64,000 bases of DNA from contig NW_024704870.1 in NCBI RefSeq assembly GCF_018977255.1, forward strand, positions 1 to 64,000, given 5' to 3'. Shown here piece by piece: positions 12,694-25,279 of this stretch; the first letter of the stretch is position 1, and each line of letters opens with the position of its first letter. This stretch comes from Callorhinchus milii (Eukaryota). Position numbers and translations under genes: made by a program. The notes beneath the pieces were generated by a model. The model had not been told where the DNA came from. It did no database searches and saw only the letters and a list, made by a program, of their open reading frames with translations.

Positions 12694-14711
12694 CTGAGAG
12701 AGAAAGGTGGACACAGAGAGAATTCAAAACAAATGTCAGACAAGCAGGTTTTATTTGCTGTTGGGCGGCCTACGAAGCGTGTTTACACGATCTGATGGTG
12801 TGCTGGTGAAACGTAGGCGTATCTATCCATATGGAAAAAAGGGAGATGCTTTGTCACAGTCTAGCAACTTTATCTTAAATTTTTCCACTTTCAGCTACTC
12901 ACAAAATTAGTTTCTAGGTTTTCTTCTTTGTTAATTTCCACCAAATAAACGGAAAGCTGAGGTGAGTTGTGTCTGTTGAGGCTCAGCGGTAGTGTCAGCG
13001 ATTATGGTCAGGGTAACCGTTCGGGTTAGGATTAGAGTCAGTGATAGGGTTAGGAGTTAGGGTTATGGATGTATCAGGGGGAAGGGCTGTATCAGGGAGA
13101 AGTGGTGTAATAGGGAGAGGCGGCTTCACAAATATTGAGATATTATAATGGTACTCACAGTTGATGAGGAGCCTAATCCCGAAATCGGGAAGGTTTCGAA
13201 GCCCTACACAAATCAACTCTAGAGTGCGGTTACCTTATATTTTGCAGGGGAAATGTGACTGACAGTCGTCGGTACGACGATCAAATAATTATCATTGTTA
13301 TTTTGTTGTGGTTTTAGTTTTATCAGGTTAACAGAGAGAAGGGCTGTTCCACTGGGAGTGGGTGCACCAGGTGCAGGGGGCTTCATAAACATTGAGATAT
13401 TATAATAATCCTTACATTTTATAAAATGCCTTATCACAACTTCGACACGTCTCAAAGCGTTTCAAAGTATATATTATCAAGTGTAGGGAATATATATTTT
13501 TAACCAACTGTGGCAAACAATTGCGCATCTCAGCGACCCACAAACAGATGCGCATTGAGCCAATAAATAATTATTATTATACACTATTTTTCTGAAGTAA
13601 TTAAATTCCCCAGGAAAGCGATCCGCCAATTGACAATCAAACGGTTTGTTACTTAACGCTAGGTCAACAGAGGCGTGTTTTTGTGTAGTAAGGAAACTGG
13701 CCTAATGTTCTCTCCTGGCTGCGCATCAAACCGTGATCCTCTCGCTTGCGTGGTGGATGTTCTTAAAACTAGCACGAAGGTCTCCGCATTGACCTGTAGT
13801 TGACAAGTTCCGTCGATTCTCCGTATTAACAATGTGCGTATCATTTGCTGCCTTTCAATTCTCTAACATGAATGGAGTTTCATTGTGAACATTTCTCTGA
13901 AGCGTCTCGACGTCTTGATAAGATGCTATATCAAACAAAGTGATTATTATTATTAGAAAACAGATTGGCGGTTCGAAGCAGATTTATGCCCAGTGAAATG
14001 CAGAAAAAAATCACTTCTGCAGAAATTCTGCTATAGTATTTAGTTGATTTTCTCCGTTTTGCTGCTAGGTGCTTGAGCCCATCGTCCCATCGGCCAAAGA
14101 AAATAGTTTATCCCTATCTATTCTAACAAAACATCTCATAATTTTGAACACCCATACTAAATCCACACTTTACTTTCTCTGGCTCTAAGTGGAACAATCC
14201 CAGTATTTTAGTCTCTCCACTTAACTTTGTTTCCCATCCCTAGTATCACGCATGCAATTCTCCTCTGCAGCCTCTCCACGACATTGCTATGCTTCCTAGA
14301 GTTGCACGTATCTGGTTGCTTTTAACAAACTAAAATAACACCGCCTGTTCCCTGTGGATACTGGTGAGCTGCCACTGTATGTCGAGCTCAGACCCCACCA
14401 GCGCATTAGGGTTCACAGGGTTAAGAACTACTGCAGATGCACACAGGGCGGAGTATGTATATGAAAGGAGTGTTGTGTTTCCACTATAATACATCATGGG
14501 CTGCTTTTCTGTGGTCAGTGGAGAGAGAGAGAGAGAGAGTCTCAGGTTGTGTGTGTCACAAATAATTTGCTGTAGGTTGATCAAAGATCACATATATCGC
14601 CAGAAGCTGCTCCTGAAATTACCTACGTGTGGCTTATCTCCAGGTTTTCTGAGACCCCTCCCCCATATAGACCCAGGATTTGATCCTTACCATTTCCTCA
14701 TCATCCTCAGG

Positions 14712-14739
14712 ATGAAGCCATTTTTTGTTTACGTGCTCG
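14712..14739 (+). CDS. SRCR-Ig receptor exon 1 (signal peptide part 1, MKPFFVYVL)
   Basis: ATG at 14712, hydrophobic codons, phase-1 donor G|GTGAGT at 14740. Confidence 0.75.
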
Positions 14740-14809
14740 GTGAGTATTGTTTCTAACTGAATCACAGAGATGTTTCTCGCGTCCTGTTCGACACTCATTT
14801 TTCCTTCAT

Positions 14810-15530
14810 AGGTCCTTCGAGCCCTATATCTATGCCAAGACCAGCTTCGCTTTTCCGCTGCTCTGCAGCATTGCTGGTGTCCGCCACTGTCTCTCAGGCG
14901 GGTGGGATTTCAGCCTCTCTGCCAAAACACACTGGAACTCCATTCCATAATCACTCCATCATAGAGAGCTCAAGAGCCTGACTTCGAACAGTGTGCAAGG
15001 ACTTGCGTGGTGGGGGTGCGGAGTGTGTGGTGGATGACAGGGTGGCGGTGCAGAGTCAGTTAGCCGTAAGCCCGGTATAGAGGAAAGTTTTCAGGCGGAC
15101 TTGAAAACATGGAGAGAGAGGGCCCGCCGTGGGTTGAGAGAGAGTATTGCAGAGTTTTGCGGCGTGTAGCCTTGTAGCACGAACTCTGATGACGCGTTGG
15201 AGCGTATATGAGCAGGAAATCGGTGTCAGTCGATAGGACGCGCCGGGTGTTGGTTTGTTAAGTGAGGAGATCGGAGTGTTAGGGCCACGGATTGAATGGA
15301 TTTGACACGAGTGTGAGGATATTGAAGTCGACCCTTTCTTTGTTTGGGATCCACTGGATCTCGGGCCAGAACTGGTGAGATGGAGGTAATGAGATTTGTC
15401 CGTCTCAGTATGTGGGGGACAGAGTTCTGAATGATCTGGATCTGGTGAATTGTGAACTGGGAAGACCGGTCTGGAATGGGTTGGTACGTCTCAAGAGCTT
15501 GCTCTTCGGATCCCTGACTCTCAATCAACT
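14810..15530. mobile_element. Old L2 fragments (+ at ~14810-14990, - at ~15000-15530)
   Basis: The minus frame reads IHQIQIIQNSVPHILRRTNLITSISPVLA, homologous to the L2 ORF2 C-terminus (LQxIQNxAARIL...HITPVL). The plus piece resembles the FSxxAPxLWNSLP region. Confidence 0.6.
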
Positions 15531-16305
15531 TGTGACGTTTTTCTGACGCGAAAAGCGATGTGTCGAAGTAATTTGTTGTTGTTGTTGTCCCGGTCAAAGA
15601 GAGAGGAGCAAGGAGAGATTGGAAGTGAGAGAGAAGCTGGGAGAGTAGAGATGGGGGAATAAAGGGACAATAGAGAGGGTAGAGGAGAGAGGGGAGAAAC
15701 GATGTAGGGGAGGGAAGAGTAGAGGAGAGAGTAGAGAGGTGAAAATCGAGAGGGGATGCGAGCGAAGAGATAGGAGAGATGGGAAATAAGAGGACAGGAT
15801 AGAGATGACAGATGATAGAGGAGAGAGATGAGGAGATAGGGGAGATGAGAGGGGAAAGTGGCGATGTGGGAGGACAGACGAGAAGAGAGATTGGTGAGCA
15901 GAAAGTGGAGGAGATGGGAGAGGAGAGAGGAGATGCCAGAGCAGAGTGGATAGAAGAGCGGAGAGGGGAGACGAGAGAAGAGAGCAGAGGGAATTCCAGA
16001 TTTGTATCAGGTTTTGAGGTCGTGTTCGCTCCTCGACTGGAGCTTTCCATTCTAAACCCTTTCCCTGCTATATCTCTGACTCCGTATCGAGTCTGTGCTG
16101 GTGCTCCCACCACCACTCTAATTCGACACCCTGCCTCACTCTCTCTGTCATGTCTATGGCCTTTTTGGTGATGATTTTACATTGCTGCCCTGTAGTTAAG
16201 GAGCGAGCATTGATGGTGCGAGAGACGGCGCAGATTAGCTCACCTACTGTGAGAATTATCGTTTTAATAATTCCTGATTTGATCTTGTTTTTTTCTCTTG
16301 TACAG

Positions 16306-16341
16306 TGATATATCTGGAGAGAAAGGCGGTGGAATGTGCAG
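16306..16341 (+). CDS. SRCR-Ig receptor exon 2 (36-nt signal-peptide mini-exon, (V)IYLERKAVECA)
   Basis: Strong acceptor ttttttctcttgtacAG, donor GTCAGT, phase 1/1. It joins exon 1 to the SRCR exon in frame, giving MKPFFVYVLVIYLERKAVECAESVRLVNG. Confidence 0.65.
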
Positions 16342-17527
16342 GTCAGTGACACAATTTCATAGAAAAAAGGTGCAGTGGAAACATTAGCAGCTGAGAGTGA
16401 GACTCAGCCTCTCTTCACCCCCATGTGGGGAACAGGAGGAAAAACCATCGCATCGTCCACAGGCTACATAGGACACCTTAGTAGTCTGGTTCCGATCTTC
16501 CGCTTGTCTCTCGTGCCGTCCATTCCAGCAACGGTGACCGCACTTTTATCCACTTAGCCCCGAAAACCTGAAACACTCTTCCTCTATTGCTCCATCTTGC
16601 TACTTCATTTTCCTTCTTCAGTTGGTGTGAAGACCTTCTTATTCGCCCGTGCTTATGGATTCATGCTGCTCCTCTGCCAAGCGCTCTGGGACGCTACCGT
16701 GTTTGAGGGGCGCTGCGTAAATACGTGTTCAGTGTCTAACTCTCTTTGTGTGTAAATTGTGTAACTTGGCCTGACACAAACCAGAGCTAATAATATACTC
16801 ATAAAATGACTAAGTATTTGTCTGTATCTGTGCATCTGCCAATAGCGGAATAAACGATTGAGCTGCATCCATGAATTATACCTCAACAGAAATATCTTGC
16901 AAGGGCTAATATCATGGGCGTAGTTTCCAGGATATCCTTTAGTGGTTGAGCTATATATAACATAACATTGTTTATTTTAGCCGCTTTAATAATGTATGCA
17001 TGGTATTCTGCGACAAAGCAGCGACAGATACAATCTCACATCGTTCTCGTGTATCTGTATTAATATATTCTGCACCACGGTGGAAAACCATGGACATAAT
17101 TTTTTGGGTGAATATATATTACTATGTGAAGCAAAGTAATCTGTATAAAGTATGATAATATAAAATGTATTAATCTAATATAGACAATAATAATCCAATA
17201 TAAATTATAATATTATCAGGTATAATGCTATAATAACGTATAACAATCTAAAGTGTATTAATATAACATTTGTTTGCTTGCAAGCGTAGCTTTTACCGGT
17301 ACTGCTAGTTTTGTAATGAACAGGTACCGTAACGGGCTGTGGACTGTGCGTAACCAACAGTCACTGCAACCATTATAATGATTAATATTGTTGTTGGATT
17401 GATTACCCCCACAGACACCCACTCAATATGACAGGCGCTCTGTACATATACATTGTATCGTATTAGCCTGGTTAACCGGTAGTCAAACAGGAAATCCAGT
17501 CGTAATACTGCGTTTGATGTTTTGCAG

Positions 17528-17839
17528 AGAGTGTGAGGCTGGTGAATGGCAGCAGCCAGTGCGCCGGGAGAGCGGAGGTTTCCCATGGACGGCAATGGGG
17601 CACCGTGGATGGCTTTGGCGGCTGGGATATGAAGGACGCGGCTGTGGTGTGTAAGGAGTTTGGCTGTGGATCCGCGCTGTCAGCACTGGGAGGAGCTCAC
17701 TTTGGCAAAGGATCAGGCTTCATTGTGGCATATAATGTTCAGTGCAGAGGGAGCGAGTCTGCTCTGAGGGATTGTGCTTCAGGGACCTGGGGTCACTATT
17801 CCTGGCCACACTCCCATGATGTCGGGGTTATCTGCTCAG
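17528..17839 (+). CDS. SRCR-Ig receptor exon 3: group-B scavenger receptor cysteine-rich domain
   Basis: VRLVNGSSQCAGRAEV..GRQWGTV..GWDMKDAAVVCKEFGCG...FGKGSG.I....VQCRGSESALRDC...WG...HSHDVGVICS. Acceptor ttttgcAG, donor GTAAAT, phase 1/1. Confidence 0.95.
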
Positions 17840-17949
17840 GTAAATAACTGTGTCTCTTTCATCACCTCGTTTTTTGAGGGGCGGGGTGTGGTGGGGCCGA
17901 GGTGGTGAACATTATGCTTGTTGGGGGGGCGACGTGACCATGGAAAGGA

Positions 17950-20900
17950 ACCCGAGGGGTGGCCAGCAGGTCGGATAGAACTCGGGGTGCAGTGAGCACG
18001 TGGGAAACCACTGGGAATTGGGCAAAGGGAGGGGCTGAGGACAGTGAGTGGGGTTGTGCACAATACTGATGCGAACGAAAGTGTAATGGGCACAAGGATG
18101 GGTATTAAGCACAGGGTGAACACAGGAGTACAGCGGGTGGCTCTCGGGGGTGGGGTGAGAGGTTGTTTCAGCACGAGGTCCCGCTTTTGGCACAAAAGTG
18201 TGGAAAACGCGTTTGTGTTTGAGTGAGAATGGGTAAGAGAAGCAAAGGGGGTTGTGAGTGTAGGGGAGATGAGTAATAATAATATTAACAATAATCCTTG
18301 CATTTGATATAGCGCTTTTCGGGTCGGGAGGACGTCCCAAAGCGCTTCAGAGAACATACTGTAAAGTGAATTGACTGTATATTTGTGGGCGAACGCGGCA
18401 GCCAATTGCGCACAGCAATGTCCCACAAAGAGTCATAGATTGAAAATGACAAATTTATTATTGTCCTGTTTTGGAGGGATTATTATTAGGGCTGTGTGTG
18501 GAGTAAGGAAACTTGCCCAAGTTTTCGCCCTGACCTTCCGGGAATTGAACTCAGGTTTCTCGCTTGCAAAGCGAGTGCTCTAACCACTGAGCCACAGGAC
18601 TCCACAAGGGGTTGAGCACAATTACGGTGTGCACAGTGGGGCAAAGGACGTTTCGCGAATGGGGTTGAGCAAAGGGCAATGGACGCATGGGTGTGCAAAA
18701 GTAGGGAGCGCATTTGGATGTGTGAGCACTGGGTTTGTGGTTGAGCGTTGATGGAACACAGAAGGAGGGTTGAGCATAGGGAGGGTATTTGAACACATGT
18801 ACAAGTGTGCAGTTGCTAGGGTCTGCGCACACGATTGGTGAACCCAGTGAGGAGTTGAACAGAGGGGTTAGCACATGGGTTGAGCAACCGGAAGGAGTTG
18901 AGAATAGGGGTGCTGAGCAAAGTGGGTTTGATTACGCAGGGGTAAGCACAGTTGTTGAGCACAGTGGAGTTAAGCAAAAGGGGCTGAATACAGGCGGGAG
19001 TGCGAGCACGAGGGTAACACTGGAAGGTTGAGAACAGCAGCGTAAGCACAGAGATAGATCACAAGCTGAACAGCGAAAGGAGCCAGCACAGAGGGGTGCA
19101 AACGAGGTGAGCATAGTGGTGAGCATAGGAGATTGAGCAGTGGTGAATTAAAAATGGGATGTGAGCAAACGATGGGTGAGCAAATCATGAGGGTGAAGAG
19201 GTTGATAGCCACAGGTGGATGAGGACAGGGAAGGGTGGAGCCGAAAAGGTGAGCTCAAGGTGGTGTGAGCACAGTGTAGGGGTGAGTAAAGTGGATGCTG
19301 AGCACAGGGGCTGAGAAAAGGGGTGAGAATATGGCTCTCAGCATAAGTGAGTAATCACAGGTAGGGGGAGCAAAGGTGGGGGCTAATGGCAGTTGGGCGT
19401 GAAGAAAGAGCATGGTTAGAAAAGGCGATTGAGCAGAAGTGGGGTTTACATAGGAAGGGATATAGATTGAAGTGGCGGGAGCACCGTCGAAGGTTATAAC
19501 ACAGCGAGAGGCGCTGAGCACAGAGGTGTATGAACTATGGGGCCGGGGCACATGTAATGGGTGGATGAGGAAAAGAGTTGAGCACGGGCAATGAGCACAA
19601 GTGGGAAGTGAGCACAGGCGTTGAGCAAAGGGGGAACAGCGTGGGGGATAGAGGGTGATCAGTGCGAATTGAGCACAGTGGGTTGGCATGGGGATGCATA
19701 GGTGTTTGAGCACAGGCGGGTGAGCATATGATGGGATGAGCACAGGGTTGTTTGAGAAAAGATTTGTCCGAGCACAGAGGTGTGAGTAAAAGGGGATGAG
19801 CACAGGTGAGTGAGCAAAGGAAGGGGGGAGCACAGAGTGCGTTATCACAGAGTGTGGGAGCAGGGGTGGGTGTGGACTAGGGAGTGAGCAAAGAGAGCAT
19901 TCTGAACATACGAAGCGTGAAAAGGACAGGGTGGTGAGCAGAGGAACTGAAAACATGATGTCAGCAAAGCTAGAATGGCGAGAATGAGTAAAGCAGGGTA
20001 AGCAAACAACAACGTAAACAAAATTGCATTTAACGAGCATCCTTCAGGTCGGGAGAACGTCCCAAGGCGCTGGCCAGTCAGGGTCAAGAACAGAACATGG
20101 GGACGAGTGGCGTAGGGATGACGGAAGGCATAGAGTTTGTAGGTCGACGGAAAGCAGCATCGAAGAGGACGGTATTGAGACCGGCCTTGAAGGAGAGAAG
20201 GGAGGAAACGAGCCGAAGGTAGTGTGGGATGGAGTTCCAGAGAGTGGGAGCCGAGAGGCTGAAAAAGGCTGTTCGGGTGGGAGACATCATAATAATAATC
20301 CTAATAATCCTTCCATTTCTTGCAGCGCTTTTCAAGTCTTCTAGAGGTCTCAAAGCGCTTTCACGGACTAAACTGTAAATTGAATTGACAGGCGTGCCAC
20401 ACAGAGTCGTGGATTGAAAATGGTCTACTATTGTTTTTTTTGGAAAAATAAAAAAAAGTGGGGTTGAGCACAGGGCCTGAGAACGGGGTCGCGGGGGTTG
20501 AGCACAGGGGCGTTCAAGAGAGGAAGGTGAGCACAGATTGGGAGCATAGAGGGGTGTTGAGAACAGGAGATGGTGAGCCCAGTGGTGTGTGAGCTCAATG
20601 GGATGATCAATGGTTGTGAGCACAGGAGGGAGCGTCCACCGTGGGGGTTGAGCAGAGGAGGCCGAGAACGGGGAGGAAGTGAAAACCGTGTGTTGATCAC
20701 AGGAGGTGTGAAGACAGGTAGGCAGGTTTGAACGGGGTGTGCATGGAGAGTGGATGAGCGGGGGTTGTAAACGAAATGGGTGTGCACAGGGTTGAGTACA
20801 GGAGGTTGTCCTCAATTCGGTGAGTACAGGAGCGTGGAGGACAACGGGGTAACGCAGGGCGTGAGCACAGTAGGGTAGAAAGGGGCTGAAGCCAAGTTTG

Positions 20901-23830
20901 TGAGCACAAGATTGTGAGCATGGTGTTGGTCGTGAACGCCTTGGATGGGTTGAAAGCAGGGACTTGTTTAAAGAAGTGTGAGAACAGGGTTTTGAGATAC
21001 ATCTGTTAAGCACAGGGGCTTGAGCACAGGGAAGGGATAAGCATATGGACAGGGAAGCAAAGAGGGGGAGAGCACAAGAAGGGGAACACAGTGGGAGGTG
21101 TGAGCACAGAGGCGTGAGCACAGGGGTGAGCAAAACGAGGGTAACCACAGGGTTGTCAGGACAGTGTAAAGCAAGAACAGTGGGTCGAGCATATCGCCTA
21201 CGCAGAGAGGCGGAGCAAATCGGGATGAGCACAAGAGAATGAGCACAGGTTGTGTCGGTGGAGAAACAGTTGGGGATGGACGCAGGGAGTTAGCACGGAG
21301 AAGAGAGCACAGGGTGTGGTCAGCACAGGGGCGTAAGCAGCGGGGGTGTGAGTACAGGGTGTGATAACATGGGGTTGAGCTTAGGCGAAGTGAGCACGGG
21401 GTGGTGAGTACAGGGGTTGAGCATCGGGGAGCACAGGAGGCAGGGGGAGCATAGTGGTTGGGGTGAGCACATGGGGCGGTGTGTGCACAGGGGGTGAGGA
21501 AAGGGGTTTCCACACGGGGCTGAGCGCTGTGGCGTGAGCATAGGAGTGCGTGAACAAGTGGCTAAGCCCATAGTAGAGAATAGAGAGGGTGTAGCAAAGG
21601 GGAAGAAAACAGGATGGGGAATTTCGCGGGGATAGCACAGCGGTAGTGAACAGGTTAGAGAATACAGCGTGAAAGCACAGGTGGTGTGCAGAGTGTGTGC
21701 ATGAGCTCAGTGGAATTAGCACAGGTGGGGGTGCTCACACTGGTTGTTGAGCACTGGGGGCTGAGAACGAGGAGGGGTAAAAAGAGTGGGGAGGACAGGC
21801 GGGTTCAACACAGTTAGGGGGTTTGAGCAGGGTGTGGTGGGCAAGGTGGTTAATCATGGAGGGTGCATGAGCATAGGCGGGGGTTATGCGCATACGAAAC
21901 TGGCAGCAAAGAACGTTCGAGCAAAGGGGTGATGAGCACAGGGTAATGAAAATTGTGTGAACACTGTAGAGGGGAACAGAGATTGCTGAGCAATCGGCGA
22001 TGAACACAGGAAGGTGAGCACAAAGGAATTGAACACAGGATATGAGCCAAGGTGAAGGGTAAGTAAAGCCGCGTAGGACATATGGGGGTTGATTCCACAG
22101 GTGTGAGGATAGGTTTCAATGAGCTCAGGTGGGGGGGGGGGTGGGGGGAATGAGAAAAGATGGTTTGAGAAAAAGGCGGTTAGCGCAGGGTGAATGAGCA
22201 CAGTGCCTTGAGCAAAGCGGTGAGAGTAACCACAGCGTGGATAAAGCGAGGTAAGCAAAGGCGGGTGAGCACAGGAGGCTGAGAATATGGCGGGTGAGAG
22301 CAGTAGGGCTGCGCAACAACAACAAAAACACCAACATTGTATTTGTGTAGCTGGGGGAGCACAGGGGGTTAAGAGCATGGGGGGTGAGTACAGGACTTGA
22401 GAACTGGGGAAGCGCACAGGGTGTTGAACACACGTGAGGAGAGAGTGGTTGAGCAAAATTGGGAGTAAGCATTAGTGGGAGTGAATATGGGGTGGGGGAG
22501 TGAGCACAGGGTGTTGAGTACGATGGGTGGTGGGGTTGGACGAGGACAAGGGAGTGAGCGCAGATGTAAGCACAGGGAGTTGTGTACATCGGGCTGAGCA
22601 GCAGGATATTAGAACCAGGTAGGTGAGCAGGGTGAGTTGAGCAGAGTGGGTACTGCTGAGTTGGTTGAGTACAGGGGAAAGTTAAGCACAGAGGGGATCA
22701 CCGCAGAGCAGCACAGGTGCGGTGAGCTCAATAGAGTGAACAGTGGGGTGAGCACGTGGGGGGGGGGGTGGGAATGGTGTGAGGACTTTGAGCACACGAA
22801 GAAGGGTGAGCACGTGGGGGTGGTGGGGATGGTGTGGGGACTTTGAGCACACGAAGTAAGGTGAGCAGAGTGGGGGCAAAACGGGCAGCATAGGTGGGGA
22901 GAGAACTGTGGATTGAGCACGCGGGCGGGTTTGATCAGCACATCTCAAAAGTGGAAGGAGAGCTGTTGTGAAATAAGTGGGTTTAATGCAGCGCGGTGAG
23001 CATATGGGGAGGTAGAACATGGGGATGAGGATAGGTGTAGGGTGAGTCCAAGGGGTTGAGCACAGCGGAGGTGAGCAAATGTGGGCAAGCAAAGGATAGG
23101 GAAGGTCATGGGTGGTAGCATATTGGGTGAGCACAGAAGGTGACCGAAGGTTTGTGTACACAGGGATGGTGAGCACCGGGGTGTGAGCACAGGCGATTGT
23201 ACACAGGGTGTGGATCGCATTACGAGAGCACAGTGTGGGTGAACAAAGCGCGGTGAGCACCAGTTGGGTGGGCACAGGTTGCTCAGCAAAGCGGTGTGAT
23301 CGCAGGGAGGGGAGCACCGGGGGATGATAACATGGGAGTGTAAGCTCAGAGGTTTGGACACAAGGTTGGGAGCACAGGGCAGTGTAAGCACATGGATGTG
23401 AGCATAGAGGTGTGATGATAGCGGGTTGAGAGCGGTGGGGGTGAGAAAAGTTATTTGAGCATAGAGAGGGGGAGCACAGGAAGAGGGGGAGCACAGAATG
23501 GAGAGCACAGGACGGGTGAGCATAGCACGCGTGTGAGCATTGGAGAAGGAAAGCACAGGGTTGATGAGCAAAGCGGTTTTGGTCAGCGTAGTCGTTGAGC
23601 ACAATGGGTGTGAGCACATGCGGTTGAGCAGATGGGGAAGCAGGGGTGGTGGGAAGCACAGTGTGGAGGAGCACAGGGGGCGTTAGCTCATGTTGGTGCT
23701 AAGCACAGGGGAAGCACAGGGTGGGGGACTCAGCACAGGGAGTGGGTGAGAAGACTAGTGTAAGCATAGGGTGGGAGCAAACCGGGATGAAAGCACAGTG
23801 GGCTGATAGTACATAGTGTTGAGCACATTG
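17950..23830. repeat. Degenerate G-rich satellite with a (T)GAGCACAG(G/T)G core, inside the SRCR-Ig1 intron
   Basis: gagcaca-type cores recur every few tens of bp with strong G skew on +. Interrupted by a SINE (18274-18605) and L2/SINE fragments (~20005-20460). Confidence 0.9.
18274..18605 (-). mobile_element. Young full-length tRNA(Ala)-Deu-L2 SINE
   Basis: Near-identical reverse complement of the 3248-3573 copy. Confidence 0.9.
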
Positions 23831-23839
23831 AGGATGATC

Positions 23840-24860
23840 AACAACAACAAAATTCCATTTTCGACTGCCTTTCACGTCAGGAGGACCTCCCAAGGCGCTG
23901 TACAGTCAGGTGTGGGGACGCAAACATGGGGGTGAAGTGGTGTAGGGGTGACGGAAGACAGAGGTGACGGGGGGAGAGGAGACCAAGGGCACGGTCGAAA
24001 GAAGGGTCTTGAGACAACTCGTTCCACCTCCCCTTGGAAAGGAAGGGGAGGTTGGAGATGGGCCGGTAGCTTCATAGCTGCGACGCATCAAGGGAGGGTT
24101 GTTTTAAGGTGGGAGTGATGGTGGCAGTTTTTAAGGGAATGGGAATAGAGCCAGAGGAGAGGGACAGGTTGACGATGTCTGTGATATGTGGGGCAAGGAG
24201 GTGGAGCTGGGAGATGTGGAGTGGGGATGGGGACAAGGGAGCAGGTGGTAGATTTCAGGGAGAGGATGCGTTTGGTGACAGAGGATGGGGAAACGGGTAC
24301 GAAGGTGTGTAGGGGAGGATGGGTAGGAGTCGTAGTGTGGGAAGGAAGGGGTGGGTGGTGGGTGGATGTTGGAGGGGAAGTGACCGCGGAGCATATTCCC
24401 TTGATGTTGGATTCAAGGAAATCCAGCATCTCCTCGCAGTGAAGGTTGGAGGAGAGGACCTGCGCGGGGTGGCGTGGGGGCGAAGGAGGAGTTGGGATGT
24501 GGTAGAGAACAGTAGCCTGGAGTTATCCTTCGCCTCCAGGATTATCCTGGAGTAGAAGTACGATTTGGCCGAGGCTAGCGTGGAGCGGTAGATTTTCAGG
24601 AGGTCCAGACAGATTTGTCGGTGGACCGTTAGGCCAGATTTCACCCAGGTGCGTTCAGCGGCCCGCACCTGGCTCTTCAGTGAGCGGAGGTGGGTGGTGA
24701 ACCAGGGGGAGGAGCGAGAGTAGGTGACAGTACGGGAGGTGTTAGGGGCAAGAGTGTCAAGTGTGGAGGAGAGGGTGTTGCGGAGGAAGAGGGGTCGGTG
24801 AGGGTTGAAGGCCAGAGGGAGAGGAGTTCAGAGGACTACAAGGGAGGGACATAGCATAGG
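23840..24860 (-). mobile_element. Internally deleted L2 LINE (3' tail fused to the pre-RT part of ORF2)
   Basis: Tail at ~23840-24010. It joins directly to RPISNLPF/ERVV-type pre-RT sequence and LRSLKSQVRAAER..SGLTVHRQ...SRIILEAK, homologous to 34700-35500. Confidence 0.8.
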
Positions 24861-25279
24861 GGGCGTGGCTGAGGGGCCTGGGAAAGCGCTGAGCAAATTG
24901 TGAGGGGCTAATCACAATGAGAGTGTCTGAGAACAGTGAGAAGTATTTAGCACAAGTGGAGGGCCTGAGTTCGGGAGGACGGGCAGACACAGCGGAAGGG
25001 GATAAGCACAATGACGCCGAGCTCACACTGATCACGAGGTCACACTGACCCGAGCTCAAACTGACCCCGAGCTCACAGACAAGTGTTTCATTTCAGCAGA
25101 AACCCAGCGTCCAATGAAGACCCGGATTAAAACTGTCAACATTTCTTCATTGTATTGAACTTCGAAAGAAACAGTCTCACAGGTTGAGGCTGGGCTCACT
25201 GTCGATCGTTATGATCTGTGTCACAGCACAGATCTGTGCGAGTGTTTGTTACGTTATCTTTACTGTGTTTTTATTCCAG

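Larger units (their letters stand above)
4550..14090. repeat. Diverged tandem array of at least 7 non-coding modules (0.8-2.2 kb spacing) with embedded old SINE copies and degenerate TTAGGG-like runs
   Basis: The marker gagaaa(t/a)gaagagacaa.a.tt.ctct.ca recurs at ~4590, 5945, 7795, 8560, 10020, 11790 and 13990. Also recurring are ttccac.aaataaa.g..aagc and tttatatc(c/a)ggta...ctgc. SINE heads lie at ~5655-5715, 7520-7590, 11515-11580 and 13720-13790. Confidence 0.7.

Noticed and set aside
18600-23900. Long Pro/Cys/Leu-rich ORFs (261-382 aa)
   Set aside because: Products of the GAGCACAG satellite and L2 fragments; no splice or domain support.
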